The translations under genes were made by a program, and so were the position numbers. Below, in pieces: positions 1 through 12,954 of a stretch of 64,000 nt of DNA (positions are counted from its first letter, which is position 1; the number at the start of each line of letters is the position of its first letter). The notes beneath the pieces were generated by a model that was given only the letters and a program-made list of their open reading frames with translations, was not told the DNA's origin and searched no databases. Source of the DNA: Octopus vulgaris (taxonomy: Eukaryota); the NCBI GenBank assembly GCA_951406725.2, contig OX597816.1, positions 5,642,001 through 5,706,000 of the forward strand. The letters run 5' to 3'.

Positions 1-450
1 TTTGAACTCAGAACGTAAAGACAGACGAAATAACTATTTCTTTACTACCCACAAGGGGCTAAACAAAGAAGGGACAAACAAGGCCAGACACACGGATTAA
101 GTCGATTATATCGACCCCAGTGCGTAACTGATACTTATTTAATTGACCCCAAAGGATGAAAGGCAAAGTCGACATCGGCGGAATTTGAACTCAGAACGCA
201 GCGGCAGACGAAATACCTATTTCCTTACTACCCACAAGGGGCTAAACGCAGAGAGGACAAACAAGGACAAAGAAAGGCATTAAGTCGATTATATCGACAC
301 CAGTGCGTAACTGGTACTTAATTTATCGACTACGAAAGGATGAAAGGCAAAGTCGACCTCGGCGGAATTTGAACTCAGAACATAAAGACAGCTGAAATAC
401 TGTTAAACATTTCGCCCGGCGTTCTAACGTTTCTGCCAGCTCGCCGCCTT
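1..450 (-). mobile_element. SINE family A multimer (tRNA-like head plus ~183-bp repeated bodies), truncated by the window edge
   Basis: Minus strand begins GGCGGCGAGCTGGCAGAA (A-box-like), then GAGTTCAAATTCC (B box) and GCCTTTCATCCTTTCGGGGTCGATAAA (resembles the Meta central domain). The body repeats with ~183 bp period. Confidence 0.85.
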
Positions 451-509
451 GATGAGAAGAAATTGTATTGTTCTAATTAGGCCCTATACATTCTGAATAA
501 AATTCGAAG

Positions 510-511
<2 letters not shown>

Positions 512-550
<39 letters not shown>

Positions 551-552
551 GC

Positions 553-617
<65 letters not shown>

Positions 618-639
618 TATATATATGTATATATATATG

Positions 640-720
<81 letters not shown>
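512..720. repeat. (TA)n microsatellite
   Basis: Direct reading. Confidence 0.98.
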
Positions 721-722
<2 letters not shown>

Positions 723-849
723 CAACAAAGTTTTTTAGCTATTTCTAATACTTAAAGAAAATTTCTCTCAGATAGTGTTTACTCAGAATAACCCACGAAG
801 GTATGGGGGTAAAAAACATTAAAAAAAAAAATCACAAGTGCAAAGATTA

Positions 850-912
850 TTTGAGAACGTTACGTTTCTAGATCAGCCAAATAAAATTCGACATTTCTTT
901 CGTCAGCCCAAA
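850..912 (-). ncRNA. Type I hammerhead-like ribozyme motif
   Basis: UUUGGG-CUGACGA-A-AGA..GUCGAAU/AUUUGGC..UCU-A-GAAAC-GUAAC-GUU-CUCAAA. Stem I is UUUGGG/CUCAAA; A.A sits at 10.1/11.1. Confidence 0.65.
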
Positions 913-1694
913 ATTTCTTAATTTGGATTTGGAAACACTGAAAGTAGGAACATACCCTTTTGGCGACTTAACACCTCAGACGACCCGCTCAAACTGACAG
1001 TGCCAACAAATTCAAAATATGCAAGCGAAGAATTCCTGTTCTCCCTTTCCACCCACGTGGGCTAAACTAGCAAACACCATATTTTAGCGGTGAAAACCGA
1101 GGCAATAAACAGAGAGAAATGAATTATAATTTCAACAATTGAGGGTAAAATTAATTAGTTAATTAATCAATTTCACCAAGTATTCAGTATGTAAAAGGAC
1201 CATTTAAGGCGAATTCAAAATATTACATTAATATAAAAGGGCTTAGTAAAATAAATTACTTTGCCACATACTGAACTCATTAGAAATAGCAGCCAAAAAA
1301 GTTTTTTAGCTATTTCTAATACTTAAAGAAAATTTCTCTCAGATAGTGTTTACTCAGAATAACCCACGAAGGTATGGGGGTAAAAAACATTAAAAAATCA
1401 CAAGTGCAATCCTTTTACATACTGAATACTTGGTGAAATTGATTAATTAACTAATTAATTTTACCCTCAATTGTTGAAATTATAATTCATTTCTCTGTTT
1501 ATTGCCTCGGTTTTCACCGCTAAAATATGGTGTTTGCTAGTTTAGCCCACGTGGGTGGAAAGGGAGAACAGGAATTCTTCGCTTGCATATTTTGAATTTG
1601 TTGGCACTGTCAGTTTGAACGGGTCGTCTGAGGTGTTAAGTCGCCAAAAGGGTATGTTCCTACTTTCAGTGTTTCCAAATCCAAATTAAGAAAT

Positions 1695-1757
1695 TTTGGG
1701 CTGACGAAAGAAATGTCGAATTTTATTTGGCTGATCTAGAAACGTAACATTCTCAAA
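1695..1757 (+). ncRNA. Hammerhead-like motif, inverted-arm copy (G>A in stem III)
   Basis: tttggg ctgacga ... gaaac gtaac att ctcaaa. Confidence 0.55.
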
Positions 1758-1953
1758 TAATCTTTGCACTTGTGATTTTTTAATGTTTTTTACCCCCATA
1801 CCTTCGTGGGTTATTCTGAGTAAACACTATCTGAGAGAAATTTTCTTTAAGTATTAGAAATAGCTAAAAAACTTTTTTGGCTGCTATTTCTAATGAGTTC
1901 AGTATGTGGCAAAGTAATTTATTTTACTAAGCCCTTTTATATTAATGTAATTT

Positions 1954-2006
<53 letters not shown>

Positions 2007-2089
2007 TTAGAATAACTTAGAAAGGTTTTGGCCAGTATTGGCCCAGGCCATGTCTAACTTAATAGCACCACCTGGCGAAGTCTTTCAAT

Positions 2090-3125
2090 TCAGGATTTGA
2101 GCACCAAGGCCCATTCGAGCAGAGAGTTATTGTTTGCGGAGACATTTCCGGGTGTGGGTGGTTTGTCCGAAACTGTTTGAAGGAATTTGTCAAAAGACTT
2201 CTTGAATTTTGTGTGGTCAGTTTCTTTTTTGACGTGTCCTGGTGTAATGTTGAAGAGAGCGGGTCCAATTGAGGTGAAATAGTTGTGCCGTATTGTCGTT
2301 ATGTGATGCGATTTAGATTTTTGTTGTGGACGGATGGCACGTGGTCCAAGCCTTGGATGTATTTTGAAGGTGATGCCAACATCATTCGGACAGTACTGAT
2401 GGAATATTTTCCACATCATACAGATAATGTAGTGTTCACGGCGTCGTTGGAGTGAATACAGTTTCAGCTTCTCTAGTCTACCCCAGTAGTCAAGGTCTGA
2501 CATGCCATCTATCTTTTTTGTGATTGACCTTTGAGGAGCTTCAATTCTCATAATATTTTGTTTTGTGTAGGGAGACCACAGTGGACAGCAGTATTCAAGG
2601 TGGGGTCGGGCAAAAGTGGAGAAGAGAATGATAATAGTGTGGGAATCTCTCGACTGGAAGGTTCTGAGAATCCAGGAACACATTCTGCGGGCCATGCCAA
2701 CTTTGCTGCTTATATGTGTAGCTCAGCTTATATTGTTGTCCACTGTTACTCCCAAGTCACTGATGTTGTTGGATGCCATGATAATTTCTCCAGAAGGAAG
2801 AGAGTATGGGAGTTTCTGAGCGTCCACCCTTCCAAAGTGGATCAGTTCGAATTTGTCTTCGTTTAGCAACATGTTATTCTTTTCCGCCCATTGGACAACA
2901 GCCAGTAGGTCTGACTGAAGGCTTATTCGGTCATCCACGCCATTGATGACCTTCTGGAGCTTGGAATCATCAGCGAAGGTTCTGATGTTACTGTGTTTGA
3001 TGGTGTCAGTAATATCATTTATGTAGATGATGAAGAGAAGTGGGCCCAACACAGTGCCTTGTGGGACACCACTGCTGACTTTGGCTGGGCTGGATTTGAC
3101 TCCTTCGACTACAACATGTTGGGTT
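2090..3125 (-). pseudogene. CR1-type reverse transcriptase, C-terminal half with one in-frame stop
   Basis: SGVPQGTVLGPLLFIIYINDI...FADDSKL...DLGVTVD...RPHLEYCCPLWSP...RLEKLKLYSLQRRR motifs. Confidence 0.92.
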
Positions 3126-4154
3126 CTTTATAATGTCATTTGTCCGACGAGTCCCCGGGAGATGGGTAAAGGGGCCATCCCTGTGCAAACACAATCTGTC
3201 TCGCTGGGAATAGCGGCAGATTTGGGGATTCCTTGTTTGAGATATTGGTGGTTTTGGTGGTGTTGTAATAGAGTATGTATTATGGTGGTTGCGGTTGTAG
3301 TTTGTGGGGATAGAGCGTTTTGTTCCAGGTGAATGGGTAAATTTGCAGTCTCTATCAGTGCATAATCTATGGCGAAGAGAATATCGGCAAACGATGGGGT
3401 TTCGAGTAGGTGTGTAGGTGCGTGTGTGAGTTGTGAGAGGTGTAGATGATAGTTTGTTGAGGTTTTGGTGACCTTTGTGACCTGTAGGAGGTAAATTCCT
3501 TGAGATAGCATTAGTAGTAGTAGTTGTAGTAGTAGTAGTAGGCAGAAGAGATGTTGACAGTGATAATGATTGAGGAGGTCGATTCCAAGACAAAGATCTT
3601 TGTGGATACATAGTGGGAGTAGTACTAGTAGTAGTAAGCAGAGGAGATGGTGTTGACAGCGATGATGATTGAGCTGCTGGGGCAGTGAAAGGAAGGGGTG
3701 GTGCTTCCTGCTGTGTGACCCTGATGACTGGGGGGTCAATCGTTTCGTTTAGCAAATCGGCCATTGTAGATGAATCAAGGAGTGGTTCATCCTGTTGTTG
3801 TTGCCGCTGAGGTTGTTGCTGCTGAAGTTGTTGTTGTTGGTGTTGTTGCCGCTGAGTTTGTTGTTGAGGTTGTTGTTGTTGTTGTTGTTGCGCCGGTGAT
3901 GCGTTCGAAGAGAAAACACATCTCAGTTTATCGAAGTGTTTATTTCTTAATTTAAAAGCAACTTCGATTTGTTTTAATTTATTTTGTATCTGCTGTTCAG
4001 ATCGAGTTTGCAAATGGTGAACTGCTCGTTTAGCAATTTCGTTCAGATACGAAGCACCTATGCTCTCTGTTTCGGTAAGGCCATGCCATGTGTTGATAAG
4101 AACGTCGACTTCATTATCAGACCAGTTTTTGTTGGATTTTTGGTGGCTAGCCAT
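3015..4154 (-). CDS. LINE ORF1-like protein: Myb/SANT-like N-terminus, polyQ, two CCCH-like fingers; C-terminus runs out of frame into RT
   Basis: 379-aa ORF containing NWSDNEVDVLINTW..RSEQQIQNKLKQI, CRYSLRHRLCTDRDCKFTH and a degenerate second copy. Confidence 0.7.
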   Translation of the reverse strand: MASHQKSNKNWSDNEVDVLINTWHGLTETESIGASYLNEIAKRAVHHLQTRSEQQIQNKLKQIEVAFKLRNKHFDKLRCVFSSNASPAQQQQQQQPQQQTQRQQHQQQQLQQQQPQRQQQQDEPLLDSSTMADLLNETIDPPVIRVTQQEAPPLPFTAPAAQSSSLSTPSPLLTTTSTTPTMYPQRSLSWNRPPQSLSLSTSLLPTTTTTTTTTNAISRNLPPTGHKGHQNLNKLSSTPLTTHTRTYTPTRNPIVCRYSLRHRLCTDRDCKFTHSPGTKRSIPTNYNRNHHNTYSITTPPKPPISQTRNPQICRYSQRDRLCLHRDGPFTHLPGTRRTNDIIKNPTCCSRRSQIQPSQSQQWCPTRHCVGPTSLHHLHK

Positions 4155-4623
4155 TCTGGTTGATATGTTTTATTAAATTTTATTTTGTTCGTTTGTTTTG
4201 TTGATTACTTTTAATTATTATTTTTTAAGAAGTATGTAGAATTGATTGTACAGAATGTTTGCTGTAATACTGAGAAATTTGTATTTGAATTATGAGCTTG
4301 TAGTTATTTTATCTTTCTTTTCTTTTCTTTTTTTCCCTCGTTTTCTAATTTTTAATGTGTGGGTGATCCTTTAGTTATCAGAAGGTGTTGGCGAAAAATG
4401 AATACTCTCTCATACGAGTGTGTGGTTTTGTTTATTTGGTCGTTTGAAAATTATGAAAATAGTTTGTGGTTAAAGAAAAGTCTACTCACGAGTTGGGAAA
4501 AAGTGAGGTTTCAAATATACAGGAATATATGTGATGGTCAATTTCGAATGTAGCCGTGAAGCTTGCTGCTGACCGGCGCGGAGAGGAGTAAAAACACGTC
4601 TTTATATTTCAGCAATCAACGGC

Positions 4624-4702
<79 letters not shown>

Positions 4703-5704
4703 TAGACGCGTGAAATCTACGGAGATTAAGTGCTTTACAAATCTAATATGTGTTACGTTTCAGAAATCTATTATTCATCTTATATACGAGTTGCTAATTT
4801 CTGTTGTAAACATATTTTATAGGAAGTGGGCGTCTCCTTCTTGCAACTAAACACAAGTTGCACTTTTTTACAACTTTAGGTTGGTTTTCCTATTATTTTT
4901 TTTTTGTTTAGTCTGTTGCTTTTTTTTTCCTATCACTTTTAGAAAGTTGTTATTTACTGTTTAACTTTTATGTCAGTCGGTAGTTTAAGCAAAGTACTTA
5001 ATAAATATTCTTGAATTATATTGCTACATTCCTTCAAATCCCGCTGAGAAACTCGTTATCTTATATTAATCCGGTCCGTTGAAATAAATTCTAATCTCAT
5101 ACTGATATCGGTGTAGTCCAACGGCAGATTTAGACTCCGTGAGCCACTAACCTCTATTCAGTCCAAAAGTTTTCACGAATTACTCGGCTTAACGGACTTC
5201 AGTTTTATTGTGTAGAGTACAAGCAATGTGAGTTCTAACGTTGAATTGTTAACGTTTTGTGTAGGATGTGGGTTGTCTAAGTCGTCTATGTTTTAGACTG
5301 TGTCGATGGAGAGCTCTAGTGCGGTTATTTCCCTTCTGCTCATGTCTTTACATTCTGAGTTCAAATTCCGCCGAGGTCGACTTTGCCTTTCATCATTTAG
5401 GGGTCGACAAATTAAGTATCAATTGCGTATAGGGGTCGTCTAATCGACTTAATTCCCTCCCAATAAAATAGACATGTCTTTGTATACGTTTGTGAGAACG
5501 TGAACGTATTAAGGAGATTTATAGAAGGTAAGATCCTAACGTGTAATGATCTGCTAATTAAATTCTGTGAGCTGGTTTCAATCCAGGTTGGACTCTCGTC
5601 ACACCTGTACATTCGATCTAAAGCAGAAAATAAGTCTGGATAGAAAAGAAGTTATTTTAGATAAGATGGGAAAAACCAGCACTGACATTGTCTTCCGGAA
5701 CATG

Positions 5705-6095
5705 GATGGATGGAAGCACTCCGTCGGTTACGACGACCAGGGTTCCGGTTGATCCGATCAACGGAACAGCCTGCTCGTGAAATTAATGTGTAAGTGGCTG
5801 AGCACTCCACAGACACGTGTACCCTTAACGTAGTTCTCGGGGATATTCAGCGTGACACAGAGAGTGACAAGGCCGGCCCTTTGAAATACAGGTACAACAG
5901 AAACAGGAAGTAAGAGTGAGAGAAAGTTGTGGTGAAAGAGTACAGCAGGGATCACCACCATCCCCTGCTGGAGCCTCATGGAGCTTTTTAGGTGCTTTCG
6001 CTCAATAAATACTCACAATGCCCGGTCTGGGAATCGAAACCGCGATCCTACGACCGCGAGTCCGCTGCCCTAACCACTGGGCCATTGCGCCTCCA
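5705..6095 (-). mobile_element. SINE family C (tRNA-Arg-like head), tail type 1
   Basis: Minus strand GGAGGCGCAATGGCCCAGTGGTTAGGGCAGCGGACTCGCGG..GGTTTCGATTCCC, ending in (CCAT)n. Confidence 0.8.
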
Positions 6096-6717
6096 CTCCG
6101 GAACATAACTCTTCTACTCAAATGAAACTGATACATCCATACTTAATCTTATTGACGTTACGATGTCGTTCCTTGTCACAGAAAATCCACAGCATGCGTT
6201 ATATAGATATTAGTTTCAAATTCTGGCACAAGGCCAGCAATTCCGGTGGCAAGGGTAAGTCGACTACTTCGACCTCAGTACACAGCTGGTACTCATTTTA
6301 TCGACTCCAAACTGATGAAAGGCAAAACCGACATCGGAGCTATTATAATATTAAAATGAAGATTGTTGATTTTTATATCGTTATACGACTTAAAGTCATA
6401 TAGATTTCGAAATAATTATACGGAGCAGTAGAATTCATTAATTTGGATAAATTGAGAAAAAATTCATAACTTCAAAAAAACCGCTTATAATTAATTTATG
6501 TGTGTTAAACGTGAATGAACTTTTAAAACATTGAAATTCCTCTTCAGTTAAAACTGCCACAACTTCAGTTAGAAAACTTAGCAATCAATAGGAATACAGT
6601 GAAAGAATTTTAACTTGTTTTCTTCGTCTTCGAGTGGATACATTGCTTCTGTGATGACGTATTGTATTAGGGAAGAATTTATTGAATGTGATCAGCTTTG
6701 TAGTTCTTTCTTTGTAA

Positions 6718-7083
6718 TCCCTATATATATAAAGCTGAAGTTGTCTGTGTATGGCAGGTTTGGTAGCCTTCAACTAAGACTATCTCCTCCGAGACCCTGC
6801 AGCGCAAGTTGACCAAAATTGACAGTATGATAGAAGAAGGCTTGCTCTTCGGAACATGTTAACACCAAAAATTATTTACATCAAAATATGCTTTTTTTCC
6901 TATGAAAATCCGTATTTTTTACGATATTTTGACTGCTGTGTCGCCATTTTTCGGCTTATTTCAAGCAGAAAAATGTTCACTTACAGAGAATAACAAGCTA
7001 CATAATGCAAAACTTTTACTTTTCAAAGATTCCAATTCTAATGGGTCGAAACAAACCCGAGCAACGCCGGGCGATACTGCTAG
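6718..7083 (+). mobile_element. Non-autonomous Helitron
   Basis: A|TC 5' end, subterminal hairpin CCCGAGCAACGCCGGG, CTAG|T 3' end. The 3' end is shared with 29980-30353. Confidence 0.75.
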
Positions 7084-7419
7084 TTAAAAAATATTTCTTT
7101 TCAATGTCACCGGGATACTCGGACAGTTCTATGGGCGTTGATTTACGAATAGAAATTAAACGTGAACTTCATTACATAAAGACAAACATATGACGTAGAA
7201 GGCCATAAAGTTAATCAAATTCCTTTAGATGCGATAAAAAGTTTAATGAAATTGTCGGAAAAGTCTTGATTATATGAGATTATGTCACTTGCACCAAATG
7301 TATCGATTTCTTTCGAATATTCTTGCCATGATGAGGAACTGGAAGTTTATGACGTTTATGTATTCTTTATAGATTTAGGTGTAGAATAAACAGGAAGTGA
7401 ATTACAAATTGGAATATTC

Positions 7420-7950
7420 ATTTCTTTATTGCCCACAGGTGGCTACACATAGAGGGGGCAAATAAGAACAGACCAAGGGATTAAGTCGATTATATCGACC
7501 CCAGGGCGTAACTGGTAGTTATTTAATCGACCCTGAAAGGATAAAAGGCTAAGTCGACTTCGGCGGAAATTGAACTTAGAACGTAGCGGCAGACGAAATA
7601 CCTATTTCTTTAGTACCCACAAGGGGCTAAACACAGAGAGGACAAACAAGGAAAGACAAACGGTTTAAGTCGATTATATCGACTCCAGTGCGTAACTGGT
7701 ACTTATTTAATCGATCCCGAAAGGATGAAAAGTAAAGTTAACCTCGGCGGAATTTGAACTCAGAACGTAGTGGCAGACGAAATACCTATTTCTATACTAC
7801 CCACAAGGGGATAAACACAGAGAGGACAAACAAAGACAGACAAACGGATTAAGTCGACCTCGGGGGAATTTGAACTCAGAACATAACGGCAGACGAAATA
7901 CCGCTAAGCATTTCGCCCGGCGTGCTAACGATTCTGCCAGCTCGCCGCCT
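7420..7950 (-). mobile_element. SINE family A trimer with 16-bp TSD
   Basis: TSD tacaaattggaatatt at 7403-7418 and 7953-7968. Confidence 0.88.
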
Positions 7951-8067
7951 TATACAAATTGGAATATTGTTCCGGTTCAAGAATTAATCTATGAAATAGG
8001 TAGCTACGGATTCCCTGTCTTCTGAAAGAACTGTAGCAAACTGAAGCTAATCAGTGTTCCTATAGCG

Positions 8068-8544
8068 CAGAGGTTCTCAACTATGTTTTGCCTATTGATC
8101 CCTTTGGCTCCCGCTTTAAACGGGTGGACCCTCACAGCAGGTTTAAAAACCGAATCCTGGTTATATTTTTATAAATAAATATTATAAGGAATTATATTTA
8201 AAAAATGTTGAAATAACTTGTTTATCGTAGCAGTATAACCAATTTATAGCACGCCGGGCGAAATGCTTAGCGGTATTTCGTCTGGCGTTACCTTCTGAGT
8301 TCAAATTCCGCCGAGGTCGACTTTGCCTTTCGTCCTTTCGGGATCGATTAAATAAGTACCAGTAACGCACAGGGGTCGACATAATCGACTTAATCCGTGT
8401 GTCTGTCCTTGTTTGTGCTCTCTGTGTTTAGCCCCTTGTGGGTTGTAAAGAAGTAAGTATAACCAATGTATTGCAGATAAATTTCAACAGCAAAGTCACT
8501 TATGAACTTCCAAGGGCCATACGGACGCTGGTTGAAAGCCACTG
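8068..8544. mobile_element. hAT (Charlie-like) MITE with a nested SINE A
   Basis: TIRs CAGAGGTTCTCAAC / GTTGAAAGCCACTG; imperfect 8-bp TSD ctatagcg/ctataact. Confidence 0.6.
8245..8456 (+). mobile_element. SINE family A monomer, 5'-truncated
   Basis: Family A sequence; TSD gtataaccaat. Confidence 0.85.
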
Positions 8545-8657
8545 CTATAACTGGAATCGAAACCCAATTGCAATTATTCGCCACATCATTACATAATCCT
8601 GATAGTTTTTTTTACTAAACATACGTCTCAGCCGAAGTCTTACAAGTGTGATGAGGA

Positions 8658-8734
<77 letters not shown>

Positions 8735-9239
8735 ACATACATGAATAAATACGTATATAAATATAAATATATATACACACGAACATCTATACACAGAAAC
8801 ATCTATACACACACACACACACACACATATACAGACACACACACACATTCACAAACGCACACGCATGTATATACATATTTGTGTGTGTGTGTGTAGGTGT
8901 GTGATGATTAATGGTCAATCATCGGCGCTTTTATCATCAGAAATCTTCCTTAATGGTTGGTTAAGTCTATTTATTTCAAGCGATGGCTGAATCAGAGTTA
9001 TGAAATTCATATGTTACCCAAGGAACATTGGCGCTCTATGTGAAACAGCTTCAGCGGAGAATCAGGAGATATGTTACAAGTTTGCTTGTCTGGAAGATTA
9101 ACATAGACATTGCGACGGTCGACGTTAGTAGATGCCATAAACAAATAGACGGATATTATTTCATCCCTTGGGTGGAAACAACAACACCAGCAACATAATG
9201 AAATATATTATTTTACCCTTTGCTAATACTACATATACA

Positions 9240-9304
9240 TACTTACATACACACACACACACTCAAACATACACACATACATACATACAAACATATATAC
9301 ATAC

Positions 9305-9357
<53 letters not shown>

Positions 9358-9467
9358 TGTATGTATGTATATGTATTAGCAAAGGGTAAAATAATATATT
9401 TTATTATATGTGTGTGTGTATGTGTGTGTAATATATATATATATATATTATGATATATATATATATA

Positions 9468-9515
<48 letters not shown>

Positions 9516-9671
9516 CATGTATATATATAAATATATGAATATATATATACATATATATCTATAAATATGCATATACATATATATGTATATATATAAATAT
9601 ATACATATACATATATATACATATGTATATATACATATATACATTTACACCCACATTGATATATATGTGCA

Positions 9672-9714
<43 letters not shown>

Positions 9715-9720
9715 GCATAC

Positions 9721-9771
<51 letters not shown>

Positions 9772-9776
9772 CATAA

Positions 9777-9853
<77 letters not shown>

Positions 9854-9910
9854 CAGATATACACATATATATATATATGTGTGTGTGTGTGCGTGTGTGT
9901 GTGTGTGTGT
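9240..9910. repeat. Compound microsatellite (CA/TA/TTA/GATA/GT)
   Basis: Direct reading. Confidence 0.95.
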
Positions 9911-10339
9911 AGAATAATAAAATACGAACACTGAAAGGAAAGTCTATGAGAGAATTGAACAAAATATGAAATGCTAGCAATATTTGTGTTTTGACACCGA
10001 TATCGGAACCACTCCTCTGTTCATCAAAAATACTTTGCTAGCAAAATAAATATATCTTTGTTACTGTTCTGAATCGGGATGAAATGGTAAACATTAAAAA
10101 GGAAAAAGATCTGTTTGGTGGAGGCGGTGGGTTGGTGGAGGGGAATTTCTGTTTCCAAATGAAATACGAGTGTTTGATCTCGGCTCGGAATGATATTGTA
10201 TTGAAATAGTTGGAGAGGAATATATCTCTCATTGGGATAGGACTTCGAAATTCACCAACCACATAGTAAGTGACTTTTTTTTTCTCTCACTATAGCATCA
10301 GGGATTCTGTCAGACGCATTCGCACCCGCTTGTATAGCT

Positions 10340-10580
<241 letters not shown>

Positions 10581-11594
10581 ATATCTACACACTTGCGCTG
10601 GTGTAATGATCAGTATTTTGTATGCAAAAAATGCATGCATACATGCATTTGCATGTATGTGCCTGTATGTGTGTGTGTGTGTATGTGTGTGTGTGATAAA
10701 TTTATCATGTGAAATACACGCACGCGCACACACATACATATACGTGGTGGTGTGAACTCCTATATATGAAAATATATGTGTGTATGTAAGTTATATATAT
10801 ACGTGTGGTTGTGTGAGTGTGTATATGTTTGTGTGTGTGCGCGTGCATATGCTGGGTAGTATCTCTCTATTATTTAGCAGGAACCCCACAGCCCTCACAT
10901 AGGTTTGTCGGTATAGTCGCCATGTCAGGAAAATTAATGAATGGAATATATTACGGCCTTCCCACTACAGGGAGGCACTGATACCTATTCTTTGTTTTGG
11001 CCATTTAGACCTCAGGACATATTCTTTGTAAGACTTTTGCATTCTAATCATATGCATTCGGCCTCGGTTCTACAGCGTCCACATTAGGAAGCTGTATTCC
11101 GCTAGAGACTTAGGCCAACCAAAAGCCTTGTGAGTGGATTTGATAAACAGAAACTAAAAGCCTTGCGTGCGTGTGTGTGTGTGTTTCCAACAACCACAGC
11201 TTGACAAGCTGTGTTCTTGTGTTTAAATCCCCACAAAGTTAGCGGTTCGGCAAAAGACTTCTGGCAGAATATATACAACGACTTTTGTAAAGATAAGTAG
11301 TGTAGCCCGACTATTATGGGTTGCATTTTATGAAGGGTCAAAACCGAGCAACAAAGCAGTGAAAGATAAAATCCCTAATGGAATGAAGGCGCTATGTCAG
11401 CCTGTGTGATAAGCTTTTTGACCAAATGCTGCAAACGGGGCCCATTCTTGCCCTATCTGCGCAAGAGAATGCAGATGTGTGGAAGGGATGAACAGTCACA
11501 TCTCTTCTGCACCTGTTTAACTGAGTCATCTATCAAAGGCACGTCTCAAAACTGAATTATAGCCACTGAATGTATGTATATATATATATTTTTT

Positions 11595-11960
11595 TTTTTT
11601 TTTTTACTTGTTTCAGTCATTTGACTGCGGCCATGCTGGAGCACCGCCTTTAAGTCGAGCAAATCGACCCTGGGACTTATTCTTTGTAAGCCCAGTACTT
11701 ATTCTATCGGTCTCTTTTGCCGAACCGCTAAGTCACGGGGACATAAACACACCAGCATCGGTTGTCAAGCAATGCTAGGAGGACAAACACAGACTCACAA
11801 ACATATACACACACATACATATATATACACATATATATATACATATATACGACAGGCTTCTTTCAGTTTCCGTCTACCAAATCAACTCACAAGGCATTGG
11901 TCGGCCCGAGGCTATAGCAGAAGACACTTGCCCAAGATGCCACGCAGTGGGACTGAACCC
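11595..11960 (-). mobile_element. SINE family B, 5'-truncated
   Basis: Reverse complement of the 19447-19863 family. Confidence 0.85.
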
Positions 11961-12144
11961 TGTGTTTATTGTCAGCATGGAAAATTCGTTTAACCGAACC
12001 CTGGGGAGCAAATTTACGTCAGAAACACGGTTGAAGCGACCTGTCCAAGGGTAGAAACTCCGGGTTCATGTGTAGAAATTTGTGTGTTGTATATGAATAA
12101 ATGAAAGAATGGAGTCGAACGAAGATGTTAAGAAAATTCCTTTA

Positions 12145-12226
12145 CTCTCGACATATGTTTCAAAGACAACATGCTTTCATTCCAAAGGAATAAAGGGTGC
12201 ATTATGCAATCTTCTCATCAGGAAAG
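12145..12226 (-). ncRNA. Type I hammerhead ribozyme within a repeat at ~12095-12465
   Basis: CUUUC-CUGAUGA-GAAGA...UCUUU-GAAAC-AUAU-GUC-GAGAG. Stem III is the palindrome ACAUAUGU; stem I extends via CCUUU/AAAGG. Confidence 0.8.
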
Positions 12227-12495
12227 AAAGGGAGCCCCTCTCGACAACAAGACAAAGAAAAATTTCGATGACTGCCTACATGGTAAGCAAAACGATAACG
12301 AGTGTTTTTTTAAAAAAACCGTTAGAAGAATTGACGTCAAAGATAGATAGTAGGAAGAGAAGGGTTAACGGAATAGTAGGTAGGGAACAAGTGGAGAGGG
12401 AAGGGTACGTTGATCGAAAGAATGTTCGAAGGCTTAGGAAAGAATTTCGCTATAGAATTTCGCTATATATATATATGTATATATATGTATGTATA

Positions 12496-12566
<71 letters not shown>

Positions 12567-12921
12567 TTTTGTTATATATTTAAATAATATAAATTAAATA
12601 ATCTTATGTATTGGCTTAAGTTTTTCATTGTATGATTTGCCTAATAGTGGTTTTGTCTCTAATTTAATATAATATAATATTTTACTATAAAATTGGATTC
12701 AATCCTAAATCTGATTTTTCCCTGTAAGTTTGGATTTATTCCCTAATATTTATTATTAATTATATATATATATATATATATATGTATACATACGTATATA
12801 CATATATACATATATACGCACACACATATATACCGCTCCTTCTAGTGTGTAAGGCTGCATGTTTAGGATCGCCTTAAATGTACACTAATTTTATATGGGG
12901 TATATATATATATATATATGG

Positions 12922-12954
<33 letters not shown>

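Larger units (their letters stand above)
727..1954. mobile_element. Hammerhead-bearing non-autonomous element: ~571-bp unit with partial tandem repeat and inverted arm
   Basis: 730-849 recurs at 1301-1409. 1410-1954 is the reverse complement of a circular permutation of the unit. Both ends are flanked by (TA)n. Confidence 0.85.
2006..4625 (-). mobile_element. Internally deleted CR1-group LINE flanked by (TA)n
   Basis: 5'UTR, then ORF1, then an abrupt join to the RT C-terminal half. 3' end has a repeated TTCTAAGT motif. TA tracts lie at both ends. Confidence 0.85.

Noticed and set aside
727-1954. Interpretation as a MITE/foldback DNA transposon or pure assembly chimera
   Set aside because: The arms are offset circular permutations rather than terminal inverted repeats, carry small differences, and the geometry recurs in several families of different ages. 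A long-read check is still advisable.
12109-12597. 162-aa ORF
   Set aside because: It lies antisense to the hammerhead repeat and runs into (TA)n; no recognisable domain.
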